Shown here one piece after another: positions 30,707-38,907 of a stretch of 54,340 nucleotides of DNA. Position numbers and translations under genes: made by a program. Each line of letters starts with the position of its first letter. Positions within the stretch are counted from its first letter, which is position 1. The DNA is from Deltaproteobacteria bacterium (lineage in GTDB: Bacteria > Desulfobacterota > Deferrimicrobia > Deferrimicrobiales > Deferrimicrobiaceae). Location of the stretch: the NCBI GenBank assembly GCA_025356865.1, contig JANXQJ010000148.1:1-54340 (forward strand). Direction: 5' to 3'. The notes beneath the pieces were generated by a model. It was not told the origin of the DNA. It saw only the letters and a program-made list of their open reading frames with translations, and did not search any database.

Positions 30707-30894
30707 TCTCGGGCACAGCATAGCCGTGTGCCCGATCTCCCTTCCGATCCGGGGAGGGGGCATTCGCCTCCGTTGTCAGCCGCAACACTTCTATCCACCG
30801 GCACTTCGCTCAGACCCCATCCCCTACTCTCCGGGAACAAGGCACACGGCAAATCTGCCCAAGACATCCGGGAGGGTGTGGGGTCCAATAAATT

Positions 30895-30930
30895 GAATCG
30901 CCCCCCGGGATTGCTCCCGGGGGGCGATTC
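30895..30930 (-). terminator. Strong GC hairpin downstream of the nfnB-like gene
   Basis: gaatcgccccccggga-ttgc-tcccggggggcgattc forms a 16-bp perfect stem. On the minus strand it is followed by AATTTATT. Confidence 0.5.
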
Positions 30931-30951
30931 GTTGCGTCGGTTAAAGCGCGG

Positions 30952-32382
30952 TTACCAGTTGCCGGTCAGCAGGTAGTCGTTCATGGCCGCGGCGGCCTTG
31001 CGGCCCGCACCCATGGCGAGGATGACCGTGGCGGCGCCGATGACGATGTCGCCGCCGGCAAACACGCCCTTCTTGCTCGTCTTGCCGGTCTCCTGGTCGG
31101 CCAGGATGTTGCCCCACTTGTTGGTGTCGAGCCCCGGAGTCGTGGCCGGAACCAGCGGGTTGGCGCCGTTGCCGATCGACATGATGACGACGTCGATGGG
31201 CAACTTGTATTCGGAGCCCTTGATGGGCACGGGACGGCGGCGTCCGGATGCGTCGGGCTCGCCCAGTTCCATCTTTTCGCACTCGACCTCGGTCACCCAG
31301 CCGTCCTCGTTGCCGATGAACTGAAGCGGATTGTTGAGGAGCCGGAAATCGATCCCCTCTTCCTCGGCGTGGTGGATCTCCTCGATGCGGGCCGGCATCT
31401 CCTTCTTGGAGCGGCGGTAGATGACGTAGACGTTCTCGGCCCCCATCCGCTTGGCCGTGCGCGCCGCGTCCATGGCGACGTTGCCGCCGCCGACGACCGC
31501 GACGTTGTTGACCTTGGAGAGCGGCGTGTCGGAAGTGGGGAAGTCGTACGCCTTCATCAGGTTGGCGCGGGTGAGATATTCGTTGGCGGAGTAGACGCCG
31601 ATGAGGTTTTCGCCCGGGATGTTCATGAAATAGGGCAGGCCGGCGCCGGTGCCGATGAAGACGGCGTCGAAACCTTCTTCCTCGAGCAACTCGTCGACCG
31701 TGATCGTCTTGCCGATGACCACGTCGCACTCGAGCTTGGCGCCGCACTTCTGGATGTATTCGATCTCGGCCTGGACGATGTCTTTCGGGAGGCGGAATTC
31801 GGGGATGCCGTACATGAGCACGCCGCCCGCCTTGTGGAGCGCTTCGAAGATGGTGACGTCGTGGCCGAACTGGATCAGGTCGCCCGCGACGGTGAGTCCG
31901 GCCGGCCCGCCGCCGACGATGGCGACCTTCTTGCCGGTGGGCGTTCCGGGCTTGGGAATCTCGACGTTTCCGGTGACGCGCTCGTAGTCGGCAACGAAAC
32001 GCTCAAGCCGCCCGATGGCGACCGGCTCGCCTTTCTTGCCGAGGACGCAGGGCGCCTCGCACTGCTCTTCCTGCGGGCAGACACGGCCGCACACTGCGGG
32101 CAGTGCGTTTGTTTCCTTGATTTTCTTGGCGGCTTCGGCGAATTTTCCCTTGGCGACCAGGTCGATGAACTCGGGAATCTGGACGCTGACGGGGCAGCCC
32201 TTGACGCAAGCAGGATTCTTGCACTGGATGCAACGCTGCGCCTCGAGGACCGCGAGGTCGGCCGTGAAACCGTAGGGGACTTCGTTGAAATTGTTGACCC
32301 GCACCGAAGGCGGCTGCTCGGGCATCGGCTGCCGCGGGATGCTGAACGGTTTCGGGCGAGGTTTGGTCGTGATTTCGGCCAT
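30952..32382 (-). CDS. NADPH-dependent glutamate-synthase-beta-like oxidoreductase (NfnB/SudA-type)
   Basis: Two [4Fe-4S] Cys clusters (CIQCKNPACVKGCP; CGRVCPQEEQCEAPC). Two dinucleotide folds (VAIVGGGPAGLT; VAVVGGGNVAMD). ATG at 32380-32382 overlaps the upstream stop by 1 nt. Confidence 0.85.
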   Translation of the reverse strand: MAEITTKPRPKPFSIPRQPMPEQPPSVRVNNFNEVPYGFTADLAVLEAQRCIQCKNPACVKGCPVSVQIPEFIDLVAKGKFAEAAKKIKETNALPAVCGRVCPQEEQCEAPCVLGKKGEPVAIGRLERFVADYERVTGNVEIPKPGTPTGKKVAIVGGGPAGLTVAGDLIQFGHDVTIFEALHKAGGVLMYGIPEFRLPKDIVQAEIEYIQKCGAKLECDVVIGKTITVDELLEEEGFDAVFIGTGAGLPYFMNIPGENLIGVYSANEYLTRANLMKAYDFPTSDTPLSKVNNVAVVGGGNVAMDAARTAKRMGAENVYVIYRRSKKEMPARIEEIHHAEEEGIDFRLLNNPLQFIGNEDGWVTEVECEKMELGEPDASGRRRPVPIKGSEYKLPIDVVIMSIGNGANPLVPATTPGLDTNKWGNILADQETGKTSKKGVFAGGDIVIGAATVILAMGAGRKAAAAMNDYLLTGNW

Positions 32383-33233
32383 CAGTTGGACCCTCCCATG
32401 CACTTCCCATCCTTGTGCTCGTATTTCTCCATTGCGACCTTCTCCTCGCGGAGGTAGGCCCGATTTCGCATCGTCAGTTCCTTGAAGTCGACCAGATGTC
32501 CGTCGAACTCGGGGCCGTCGACGCAGACGAACTTGACCTCGCCGCCGACGGTCACGCGGCAGGCGCCGCACATGCCCGTCGCGTCGACCATGATCGGGTT
32601 GAGACTCACCATGGTCTTGAGCCCGTGGGGGCGCGTCACTTCGGAGACGGCACGCATCATGGGAACAGGGCCGATAGCGATGACCAGGTCGATCTTGACC
32701 TTGGCGTCGATCATTTCCTGGAGCGCAGTGGTGACGAACCCCTTCTTCGCGTAGGATCCGTCGTCGGTGGTCACGATGAGTTCGTCTGAAATGGCCTTCA
32801 TCTCGTCTTCGAGAATGAGGAGTTCCTTGTTGCGCGCCCCGATGATGGAAACCAGCTTGTTGCCGGCATTCTTGATCGAGGTGGCGATCGGGAGCAGCGG
32901 TGCGGTTCCGATGCCGCCGCAGACGCAGACCACGGTGCCGAAGTTCTCGATATGCGTAGCCAGGCCCAGCGGGCCGACCACGTCCTGCAGTTCTTCGCCC
33001 GCCTTCATCTTCGAAAGCTCGGCGGTCGACTTGCCGACCACCTGATAGATGATGGTTACCGTCCCCCCGATCGGATCGGAGTCGACGATGGTGAGCGGAA
33101 TCCGCTCGCCGCCTTCACCCTTTCGGATGATGAGGAACTGGCCTGCCTTGCGCTTCTTCGCGATCCGCGGAGCCTGGATCTTCTGGAAGAAGACGTTCTT
33201 GGCGATCTCTCTGCTTTCTACGATTGGGAACAC
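32382..33233 (-). CDS. Ferredoxin-NADP reductase-like FAD/[2Fe-2S] subunit (NfnA/SudB/PyrK-type)
   Basis: RIPLTIVDSD FAD motif, VCVCGGIGTAPLLP NAD fold, C-terminal GMCGACRV...FVCVDGP cluster. GTG start preceded by GGAGGG. Confidence 0.85.
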   Translation of the reverse strand: MFPIVESREIAKNVFFQKIQAPRIAKKRKAGQFLIIRKGEGGERIPLTIVDSDPIGGTVTIIYQVVGKSTAELSKMKAGEELQDVVGPLGLATHIENFGTVVCVCGGIGTAPLLPIATSIKNAGNKLVSIIGARNKELLILEDEMKAISDELIVTTDDGSYAKKGFVTTALQEMIDAKVKIDLVIAIGPVPMMRAVSEVTRPHGLKTMVSLNPIMVDATGMCGACRVTVGGEVKFVCVDGPEFDGHLVDFKELTMRNRAYLREEKVAMEKYEHKDGKCMGGSN

Positions 33234-33326
33234 GGATTACCCTCCATGCCCGCCGGAAAACCGACGGAGCTGCCGAGATGTCATGCGCATATTGGATGGT
33301 GCCGACCGACGAAAATAAACTGGGTA

Positions 33327-33355
33327 AAGATAACCGCTTGCGAGGAAAATTTCAA
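33327..33355 (-). promoter_or_regulatory. Candidate sigma70-type promoter for the nfnAB-like operon
   Basis: The minus strand reads TTGAAA-N17-TATCTT in the 118-bp gap. The -35 element overlaps the engB stop. Confidence 0.3.
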
Positions 33356-33948
33356 GTTGAAAAAGCGTTTCGGATATCTTTCCAGAGGGCATCGATCCCG
33401 GTACGGGTTTCGGCGGAACAAACCGCCGGCGGCCCCCCCGCATCAAGCCACGCCGTACCGGACAACCGGTCGATCGCCCCCTTGAGTTCGGTTCGCTTGA
33501 GTTTGTCGACCTTGGTCGCCACCCACCGGTACGGGACTCCGGCCGCGGACAGGTATTCGGCGAGCATTCGCTCCTCTTCCTCGGGCCCACGCCGCGCGTC
33601 CACCAGCAGGTAGACCTTGCGGAGACGGGTACAGGTGGAAAAATAACTTTCGAGAAGAATTTTCCAGGAGTCGCGCTCGTCACGCGACACCTTGGCGAAG
33701 CCGTATCCCGGCAGGTCGGCAAATGCGTACCGCGCCTCGATTTCGAAGAATACGATGCCGCGCGTCCGGCCCGGCGTCCGGCTGGTACGGGCCAGGTGCT
33801 TCTGTCCGGTCAGCGCGTTGAGCAACGACGACTTCCCGACATTGGAGCGACCCGCAAAGGCGACCTGGGGAAGCGCGACCTTGGGCCACGCGTCGCCGAC
33901 CGAATCGAATATGAGAAAGCGGGCCGGGGGGGCAGAGGGTCTGGGCAC
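33352..33948 (-). CDS. engB: Ribosome-biogenesis GTPase EngB/YihA
   Basis: G1 GRSNVGKSSLLNAL, G3 DLPGYGFA. 198 aa. Confidence 0.9.
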   Translation of the reverse strand: MPRPSAPPARFLIFDSVGDAWPKVALPQVAFAGRSNVGKSSLLNALTGQKHLARTSRTPGRTRGIVFFEIEARYAFADLPGYGFAKVSRDERDSWKILLESYFSTCTRLRKVYLLVDARRGPEEEERMLAEYLSAAGVPYRWVATKVDKLKRTELKGAIDRLSGTAWLDAGGPPAVCSAETRTGIDALWKDIRNAFST

Positions 33949-33958
33949 CAGTCGCCTG

Positions 33959-35710
33959 CTAACTCTGCCCGGCGGATTCGAGCGCTTCGAGATTGCTGAA
34001 AAACTCGTCGAAACTCTGGCCGGAATCGCGGCTGTACTCGAGAACGGAAATCTTGAATGAAAGATGCCCGTCGGAGAGTCGTTTTTCTCCGTAGAAGGTG
34101 AACGTGCCCAGGTCTTTCATGAGTTGATCGATCAGGTACTGACCCTGCTCGCGGTTCTTTCCCGGGAAAAGGGCGAGAAACGTGGCTCCGAAACAGCGGG
34201 CCGGGACAACGCCCATGACCTCCTGCCCCTTGAGCATTTCGGCGGTCTTCTGGAGGACGAAATCGCCCCGTTGATAGCCGTTGAGCTCGTTGTATTCCTT
34301 GAAGTTGGCCAGGTAGACGAGTCCGGCTGCGAACGGGACCTTGTCGCGGAGGGAGGTCGCGATGAACTCTTCGGCGAGCCCCTTGACGTGCCTGAGGTGG
34401 AACAGCCCGGTCAGCCGGTCGCGATTTTCGAGTTCCTGCGCCGCTTTCCGTATGCTCTGGACCTGGATCGTGTTCTCGATGAGAGAGGCCATCTTGTAGG
34501 CGAAATTTTCGATCGCCTCGACGTCGTCGGACGTCAGCGGACGGCGGCTCATCTTGTTGTCCACACCGAGAACGCCGATGACCCTGTCCTTGGTGCAGAG
34601 CGGGAACACGGCAAACGACTTGGAGCGGAGTGAGCGGATATTGCTTTGGGGCGCAAGGAGGCGGAGGTCTGAAGGCACCGCGTTCGATTCGTCGACGTGG
34701 ATGCTTTTCTTGGTCATGAAGACGCGCGCCATCGCCCCCCCCTGGGAAGAGAGCGGCACGCTGATCTTTTCTTCGGACTCGAACACGTTGCCGACCGAAG
34801 CGCGGCAACGGAGCGTCTTGCCTTCGTCATCGGGCATCATCAGCAGAATGCGGTCGACATCGAAACGTTCCTGGGCGACTCCGAGCACCAGCGGAAGGTG
34901 GGATTCGAGGAAACCCGAATATTGCATCGCGATGCTGAGGTCGTAGAGGCGGGTCAGGCTGTTGCCCGCCTTTTCGAGCTTCTTGCGTGACGCCGTGAGT
35001 TCCTGGTTCATCATTTCAAGGCGGCGATTGGATTCTTCCTGCTCTTTGTAGTAAGGCCTGATGATGATGCTCATCGCAAACCACGTGAACGCGACGACGA
35101 GGACGGCCATCGCCACGCAGGTGATCATGATGACCCGCTTGATCCGGTCGAGTTCGGAATAGGCGGTGGATTTCGGCTGGTCTACGGCGATCAGCCACCC
35201 CTTTTCCTTGATGACCCGGAACGCGATGATCTTGTTGTCGCCCAGCAGGGTATATTCGCCGAAGCCGCCATCGAACTTCTCGAGCAGTTCCTGCAGCTTG
35301 GCCTTGTGGACCATGTTTTTTTCGCCGAGTTGCTGGATCGGTCTCTCGGCGACGTTGAGATTGACGTAGGTGTCGCCGATGTAGGTCTGCGCCTCGACCA
35401 TGTTGCGGAATTTCGGATCCATGTGGGCGATCAGGAAGCCGTTCCGGTCCATCACCCAGGCGGCGCCGAACTTGTCGACCTTCATCGAGGTCAGCGCGTC
35501 GACCAGCACGGCACTGCCGGCATTCTCGTCCTCCGACTTGAACGAACTGATCTCGCGCGCAAGATCGCGCGCCGTCTTTTGGGCATCCACCTTGATGGCG
35601 TCTTCGCTGATCTTGAAGACCATGACGCCGCCGAGGCTGATGGTCACCAGCGCCAGCAGCATCGAGGTGATGATGAGTTTGAATCCGAGGGAACCGTAGA
35701 TTTTTTTCAC
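33959..35710 (-). CDS. Membrane sensor: periplasmic Cache-like domain, GAF domain and degenerate GGDEF domain
   Basis: Two TM helices flank a ~170-aa periplasmic domain, followed by a GAF-like region (…RILLMMPDDEGKTLRCRASVG…DRVIGVLGVDN). The GGDEF fold begins RDRLTGLFHLRH, but the active-site position reads FGATF instead of GG(D/E)EF. GTG start after GGGAGG. Confidence 0.8.
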   Translation of the reverse strand: MKKIYGSLGFKLIITSMLLALVTISLGGVMVFKISEDAIKVDAQKTARDLAREISSFKSEDENAGSAVLVDALTSMKVDKFGAAWVMDRNGFLIAHMDPKFRNMVEAQTYIGDTYVNLNVAERPIQQLGEKNMVHKAKLQELLEKFDGGFGEYTLLGDNKIIAFRVIKEKGWLIAVDQPKSTAYSELDRIKRVIMITCVAMAVLVVAFTWFAMSIIIRPYYKEQEESNRRLEMMNQELTASRKKLEKAGNSLTRLYDLSIAMQYSGFLESHLPLVLGVAQERFDVDRILLMMPDDEGKTLRCRASVGNVFESEEKISVPLSSQGGAMARVFMTKKSIHVDESNAVPSDLRLLAPQSNIRSLRSKSFAVFPLCTKDRVIGVLGVDNKMSRRPLTSDDVEAIENFAYKMASLIENTIQVQSIRKAAQELENRDRLTGLFHLRHVKGLAEEFIATSLRDKVPFAAGLVYLANFKEYNELNGYQRGDFVLQKTAEMLKGQEVMGVVPARCFGATFLALFPGKNREQGQYLIDQLMKDLGTFTFYGEKRLSDGHLSFKISVLEYSRDSGQSFDEFFSNLEALESAGQS

Positions 35711-35717
35711 CGCGCGT

Positions 35718-37310
35718 TTATCCTCCCGCGGGGGGCATTGGGGGTAGCTCGAACATCAAACCGGGGGGATGGCACTTGTCGCAACCGCCTTTGACCTGAA
35801 GTTTGATCTCGTCGGATGCGTGCGGGACGTGGCAGGAATTGCATGCCAGGTTGCCCTGCTTGTCGAGCTTGACCGGACGATCTGTTTTGGGGGGAACACC
35901 CCACGGGTGCGTGTGGTTCATCCGGCTCAGATTGCTGTGGCAGGAAAGACAAAGGTCGTTTCCCGGAAACTTGAGGAACGCGTCGTTTCGGGCCGACGAG
36001 TGGGCATCGTGGCACCCGGTGCAATTGCCGTCGCTGACGGGCTTGTGGACAACCTTGCGGAACGAGACGGATTTCAGGCTCTCATGGCACATGACGCAGA
36101 GGTCGCCGACGTATCGGCGCAGCGTGAACTTCTCGTTGGACGAGTGCGGATTGTGGCAGATGGCGCAAAGCCCAGCCGACATGGGACCGTGAAGGAACGT
36201 CTTGACCAGCTCTTTTCGCTTGTCTTCGTGGCACTTGAAACAGAGTTCCTGGCCGGATGCCATCGGTTCGTACCGGTGGGGCCTGCTGGAGAAGTTGTGG
36301 CAGGGTGCACAACCGCCAACGGGTATGGGACCATGAACGTGTTTCTGGCTGGTCAGTTCCTTGTGGCACCCCAAGCAGAACTGCGTCGCGGTCGCGAAAC
36401 CCTGCGCCCCGCCTTCGGGTGGGTTGAGGTCGTGGCATTTCTTGCAGGGGCCTTCGTTCTTCTCGGTGTGGAAATAGTAGATCGGGAAGGGAGATTCGAT
36501 CCCTGAACCGATCTTGGGTTCCCGGAAAATGACGATTCCCTGGTTGACCTTGCCACCGAGGTCGTCGACGACCTGGACTTCGATGTAGTTCGACCCCAGC
36601 GACAACGGCGTGCGGATGTAGAACAGGTCTCTCATGGAGGTGATGTTCTGCTGGGAGCCGCCGTTGAGCGACAACGACAATTTGCTGCCCGGCTTCGACG
36701 TGCCCACGACGTAGACGGAATCCTGATAGGTTTTCGAGAAGTTGGCCGGCAGGAAGACCTGCAGCGGAAGTTCTTTCATCAGTTTCTCGACGCCCGTCTC
36801 GCCCCGGATGACGCGACCGAGAACATCTTCGAGCGTCTTGAGGTCTTCGGGGGAGGCGCCTGTCGACAGGTAGCGGACGAAACCTTCCTTGTCGATGACG
36901 ATGTGGGCCGGGATTGACTGGATATCGAATGGCCGGGATGCAGCCAGTTTTTCGTCTACGATGAACGGGTACTTGATTATGGAGCTGTAGCCCCGGTAAA
37001 ACCGCTTGACCCGGGCGAGTCCGTAAACGTCGAGGTTAAGCCCCACGATCTGGAGGTCCGACGGCTTGAATTTTTTCTGGATTCGGGCGACATCCTCCAG
37101 CGAGGTCACGCACGTGGAGCAGTATATGGAGCCGAACTTGAGGAGTATGACCTTCTTTCCAAGGTAGGCGCCGAGGTCGACCCGGGTTCCGTCGAGCCCG
37201 TCGCCCTTGATAGCCACTGCCTTGTCGCCGATATTGGCCGCTTGAACAGCCCCCGGAAAGAGCAGCAGAGCTGCGCCGAAAAGGGCGGCGAAGGCAAAAC
37301 CCTTCATCAT
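35718..37310 (-). CDS. Exported fusion protein: TlpA/AhpC-TSA-like thioredoxin-fold domain + beta-sandwich linker + decahaem c-type cytochrome
   Basis: Signal peptide MMKGFAFAALFGAALLLFPGAVQA. Redoxin CxxC (FGSIYCSTC). Ten CxxCH motifs (CKKCH, CLGCH, CAPCH, CFKCH, CAICH, CVMCH, CTGCH, CLSCH, CNSCH, CDKCH) in the last ~230 aa, plus 11 additional His. Starts 4 nt after the TlpA gene stop. Confidence 0.85.
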   Translation of the reverse strand: MMKGFAFAALFGAALLLFPGAVQAANIGDKAVAIKGDGLDGTRVDLGAYLGKKVILLKFGSIYCSTCVTSLEDVARIQKKFKPSDLQIVGLNLDVYGLARVKRFYRGYSSIIKYPFIVDEKLAASRPFDIQSIPAHIVIDKEGFVRYLSTGASPEDLKTLEDVLGRVIRGETGVEKLMKELPLQVFLPANFSKTYQDSVYVVGTSKPGSKLSLSLNGGSQQNITSMRDLFYIRTPLSLGSNYIEVQVVDDLGGKVNQGIVIFREPKIGSGIESPFPIYYFHTEKNEGPCKKCHDLNPPEGGAQGFATATQFCLGCHKELTSQKHVHGPIPVGGCAPCHNFSSRPHRYEPMASGQELCFKCHEDKRKELVKTFLHGPMSAGLCAICHNPHSSNEKFTLRRYVGDLCVMCHESLKSVSFRKVVHKPVSDGNCTGCHDAHSSARNDAFLKFPGNDLCLSCHSNLSRMNHTHPWGVPPKTDRPVKLDKQGNLACNSCHVPHASDEIKLQVKGGCDKCHPPGLMFELPPMPPAGG

Positions 37311-37314
37311 GCCC

Positions 37315-37902
37315 TCACTTCTTGAGAACGGACTGGATTGCTTTTTCGAGCTCCTCTTCCTTGATTCGTCCCGACCTGGCCATGGTGACGTTCCCGGCAC
37401 GATCGATGATGAAGATGGTCGGGGTACCGCCCACACCGTAAGGATCGGCGACCTTGAACATCTCCTTGGCATCGAGTTCGTCGATGAGCGTCCGGATCGA
37501 GTAGTTTTCCTGCTTGATGAAGCCGTCGATGCTGCTCTTGAGGGGTTCTCCGTCAAGAACCACCGAGATCACTTCGAGCCCCGCGGCCTTGTTCTTGTCG
37601 GCCAGTTTCTGGATGACCGGCATCTCGAAGCGGCACGGTTCGCAGAAGATGGACCAGAACACGATGACGACCGGTTTCTTGCCCTTGAGGTCGGCGAGAT
37701 GGAACGACTCACCCTTCGTGTCCTTGAGGGTGAAATCTGGGGCGGCCGCCCCCAGGTCAAGCATCTTGATGCCTTCAATCATCGGGATCCCGCCACCTAG
37801 CGGCGTCATCGCCTTTTCCTCGGCGAGACAGACCGTGCCGAAGATGGAAAGAACCGTTGCTGCTGCGACGAGGAGTACCCCGGACTTCGCAAGGAAGCGC
37901 AT
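37315..37902 (-). CDS. Periplasmic thiol:disulfide oxidoreductase (TlpA/ResA/CcmG-like)
   Basis: Signal anchor MRFLAKSGVLLVAAATVLSIFG. VVIVFWSIFCEPCRFEMP CxxC thioredoxin motif. AGGAGG lies upstream of the ATG. Confidence 0.85.
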   Translation of the reverse strand: MRFLAKSGVLLVAAATVLSIFGTVCLAEEKAMTPLGGGIPMIEGIKMLDLGAAAPDFTLKDTKGESFHLADLKGKKPVVIVFWSIFCEPCRFEMPVIQKLADKNKAAGLEVISVVLDGEPLKSSIDGFIKQENYSIRTLIDELDAKEMFKVADPYGVGGTPTIFIIDRAGNVTMARSGRIKEEELEKAIQSVLKK

Positions 37903-37904
37903 AC

Positions 37905-38846
37905 CTATTTTCTCCTCCTGACCTTTTGGATGAGGTTGTTTCCGGTGTCGGCCACCAGAATGTCTTCCCCGAAAACATCGTTGATGAAAAAACCCTCTGG
38001 CTTCTTGAAAGGAGAATGTCCCTTTCGGAGGTCGCCCAGCATTTCACCGGCCCGGTCGAAAAGCACCATCCGATCGTTGACGGTATCGGCAATATACACT
38101 GTATACCTGCGGGGTTCAATCCGAATTCGGGCCGGCCCGCAAACCAGCCCTTCACCCTTCTGAAGCATCGACCAGACAGCGACGGAGAGGCCGTCCATGT
38201 CATATTTCCGGATGGAACAATCGGCTGTCAGGACATAAAGAAACCCGAAAGCTTCGTCGGAGTAAGCGATCGACACCGGCTTTTCGAGATCGTTTCCTTT
38301 TCGCTGCTGGGCGTAACGGCCCCATTCCTCGAGAAAGGCACCCGTCGGATCGAACTTCTGCAACCGGTTGTTGCCCGGGTCTGCAACGAACAGGTTTCCT
38401 TTCCGATCCAGTGCAAGGTCTGAGGGTTTGTTGAATTCGCCACGACCCGATCCAAGCCGGCCGAACTCGAGGATGTATTTACCGGCCAGATCGAACTTCT
38501 GGATGCGGTTGTTGCCGGTATCGAGCACGTATAGAACGCCGGCACCCCGGTCGATCACGATCCCCGACGGGTTGTCGAAGGATCCCTTTCCGAACCCGCG
38601 GCCACCCCATTCGCGCAGAAACCGCCCCCTGCGGTCGAGAACCTGCACGCGGTTGTTGCCCCGGTCGACGATATACATGTTTTCGTCCCGGTCGCCGACC
38701 AGGTCGGCCGGATGGTCGAAGGCCTCTCGGCCGATCCCGAAACGTCCCCACGCCTCGTCGGACTCGAACACAGGATCGGAAAAGGCTGCCCCGCCGAGTG
38801 CGAGAAGCAGTAGCAACGCAATGGTCGGTATCCTCAGGTTCCTCAC
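37905..38846 (-). CDS. Secreted NHL-repeat six-bladed beta-propeller protein
   Basis: Repeats GNNRVQVLD, GNNRIQKFD, GNNRLQKFD, VNDRMVLFD, GNNLIQKV. The GTG at 38844-38846 gives the signal peptide (M)RNLRIPTIALLLLLALGGAAFS. An alternative ATG at 38900 has no RBS. Confidence 0.8.
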   Translation of the reverse strand: MRNLRIPTIALLLLLALGGAAFSDPVFESDEAWGRFGIGREAFDHPADLVGDRDENMYIVDRGNNRVQVLDRRGRFLREWGGRGFGKGSFDNPSGIVIDRGAGVLYVLDTGNNRIQKFDLAGKYILEFGRLGSGRGEFNKPSDLALDRKGNLFVADPGNNRLQKFDPTGAFLEEWGRYAQQRKGNDLEKPVSIAYSDEAFGFLYVLTADCSIRKYDMDGLSVAVWSMLQKGEGLVCGPARIRIEPRRYTVYIADTVNDRMVLFDRAGEMLGDLRKGHSPFKKPEGFFINDVFGEDILVADTGNNLIQKVRRRK

Positions 38847-38907
38847 GAGGCAGCCCCCCCTTTCGTCCCGTTTGACGGCATTGCCGCCCGGTTCATTCAA
38901 ATCAGGA

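Noticed and set aside
30709-30735. Hairpin tcgggcaca/tgtgcccga right after the dehydratase-family gene stop, considered as an intrinsic terminator
   Set aside because: It has only a 9-bp stem, a 9-nt loop and no T-run (it is followed by tctcccttcc). This is too weak to annotate as a terminator; it is mentioned in the intergenic finding only.
35718-37902. Checked the two redoxin genes for in-frame TGA (selenocysteine UxxC) or frameshifts
   Set aside because: Both have ordinary CxxC motifs (CSTC, CEPC) and uninterrupted frames, with no in-frame stop.
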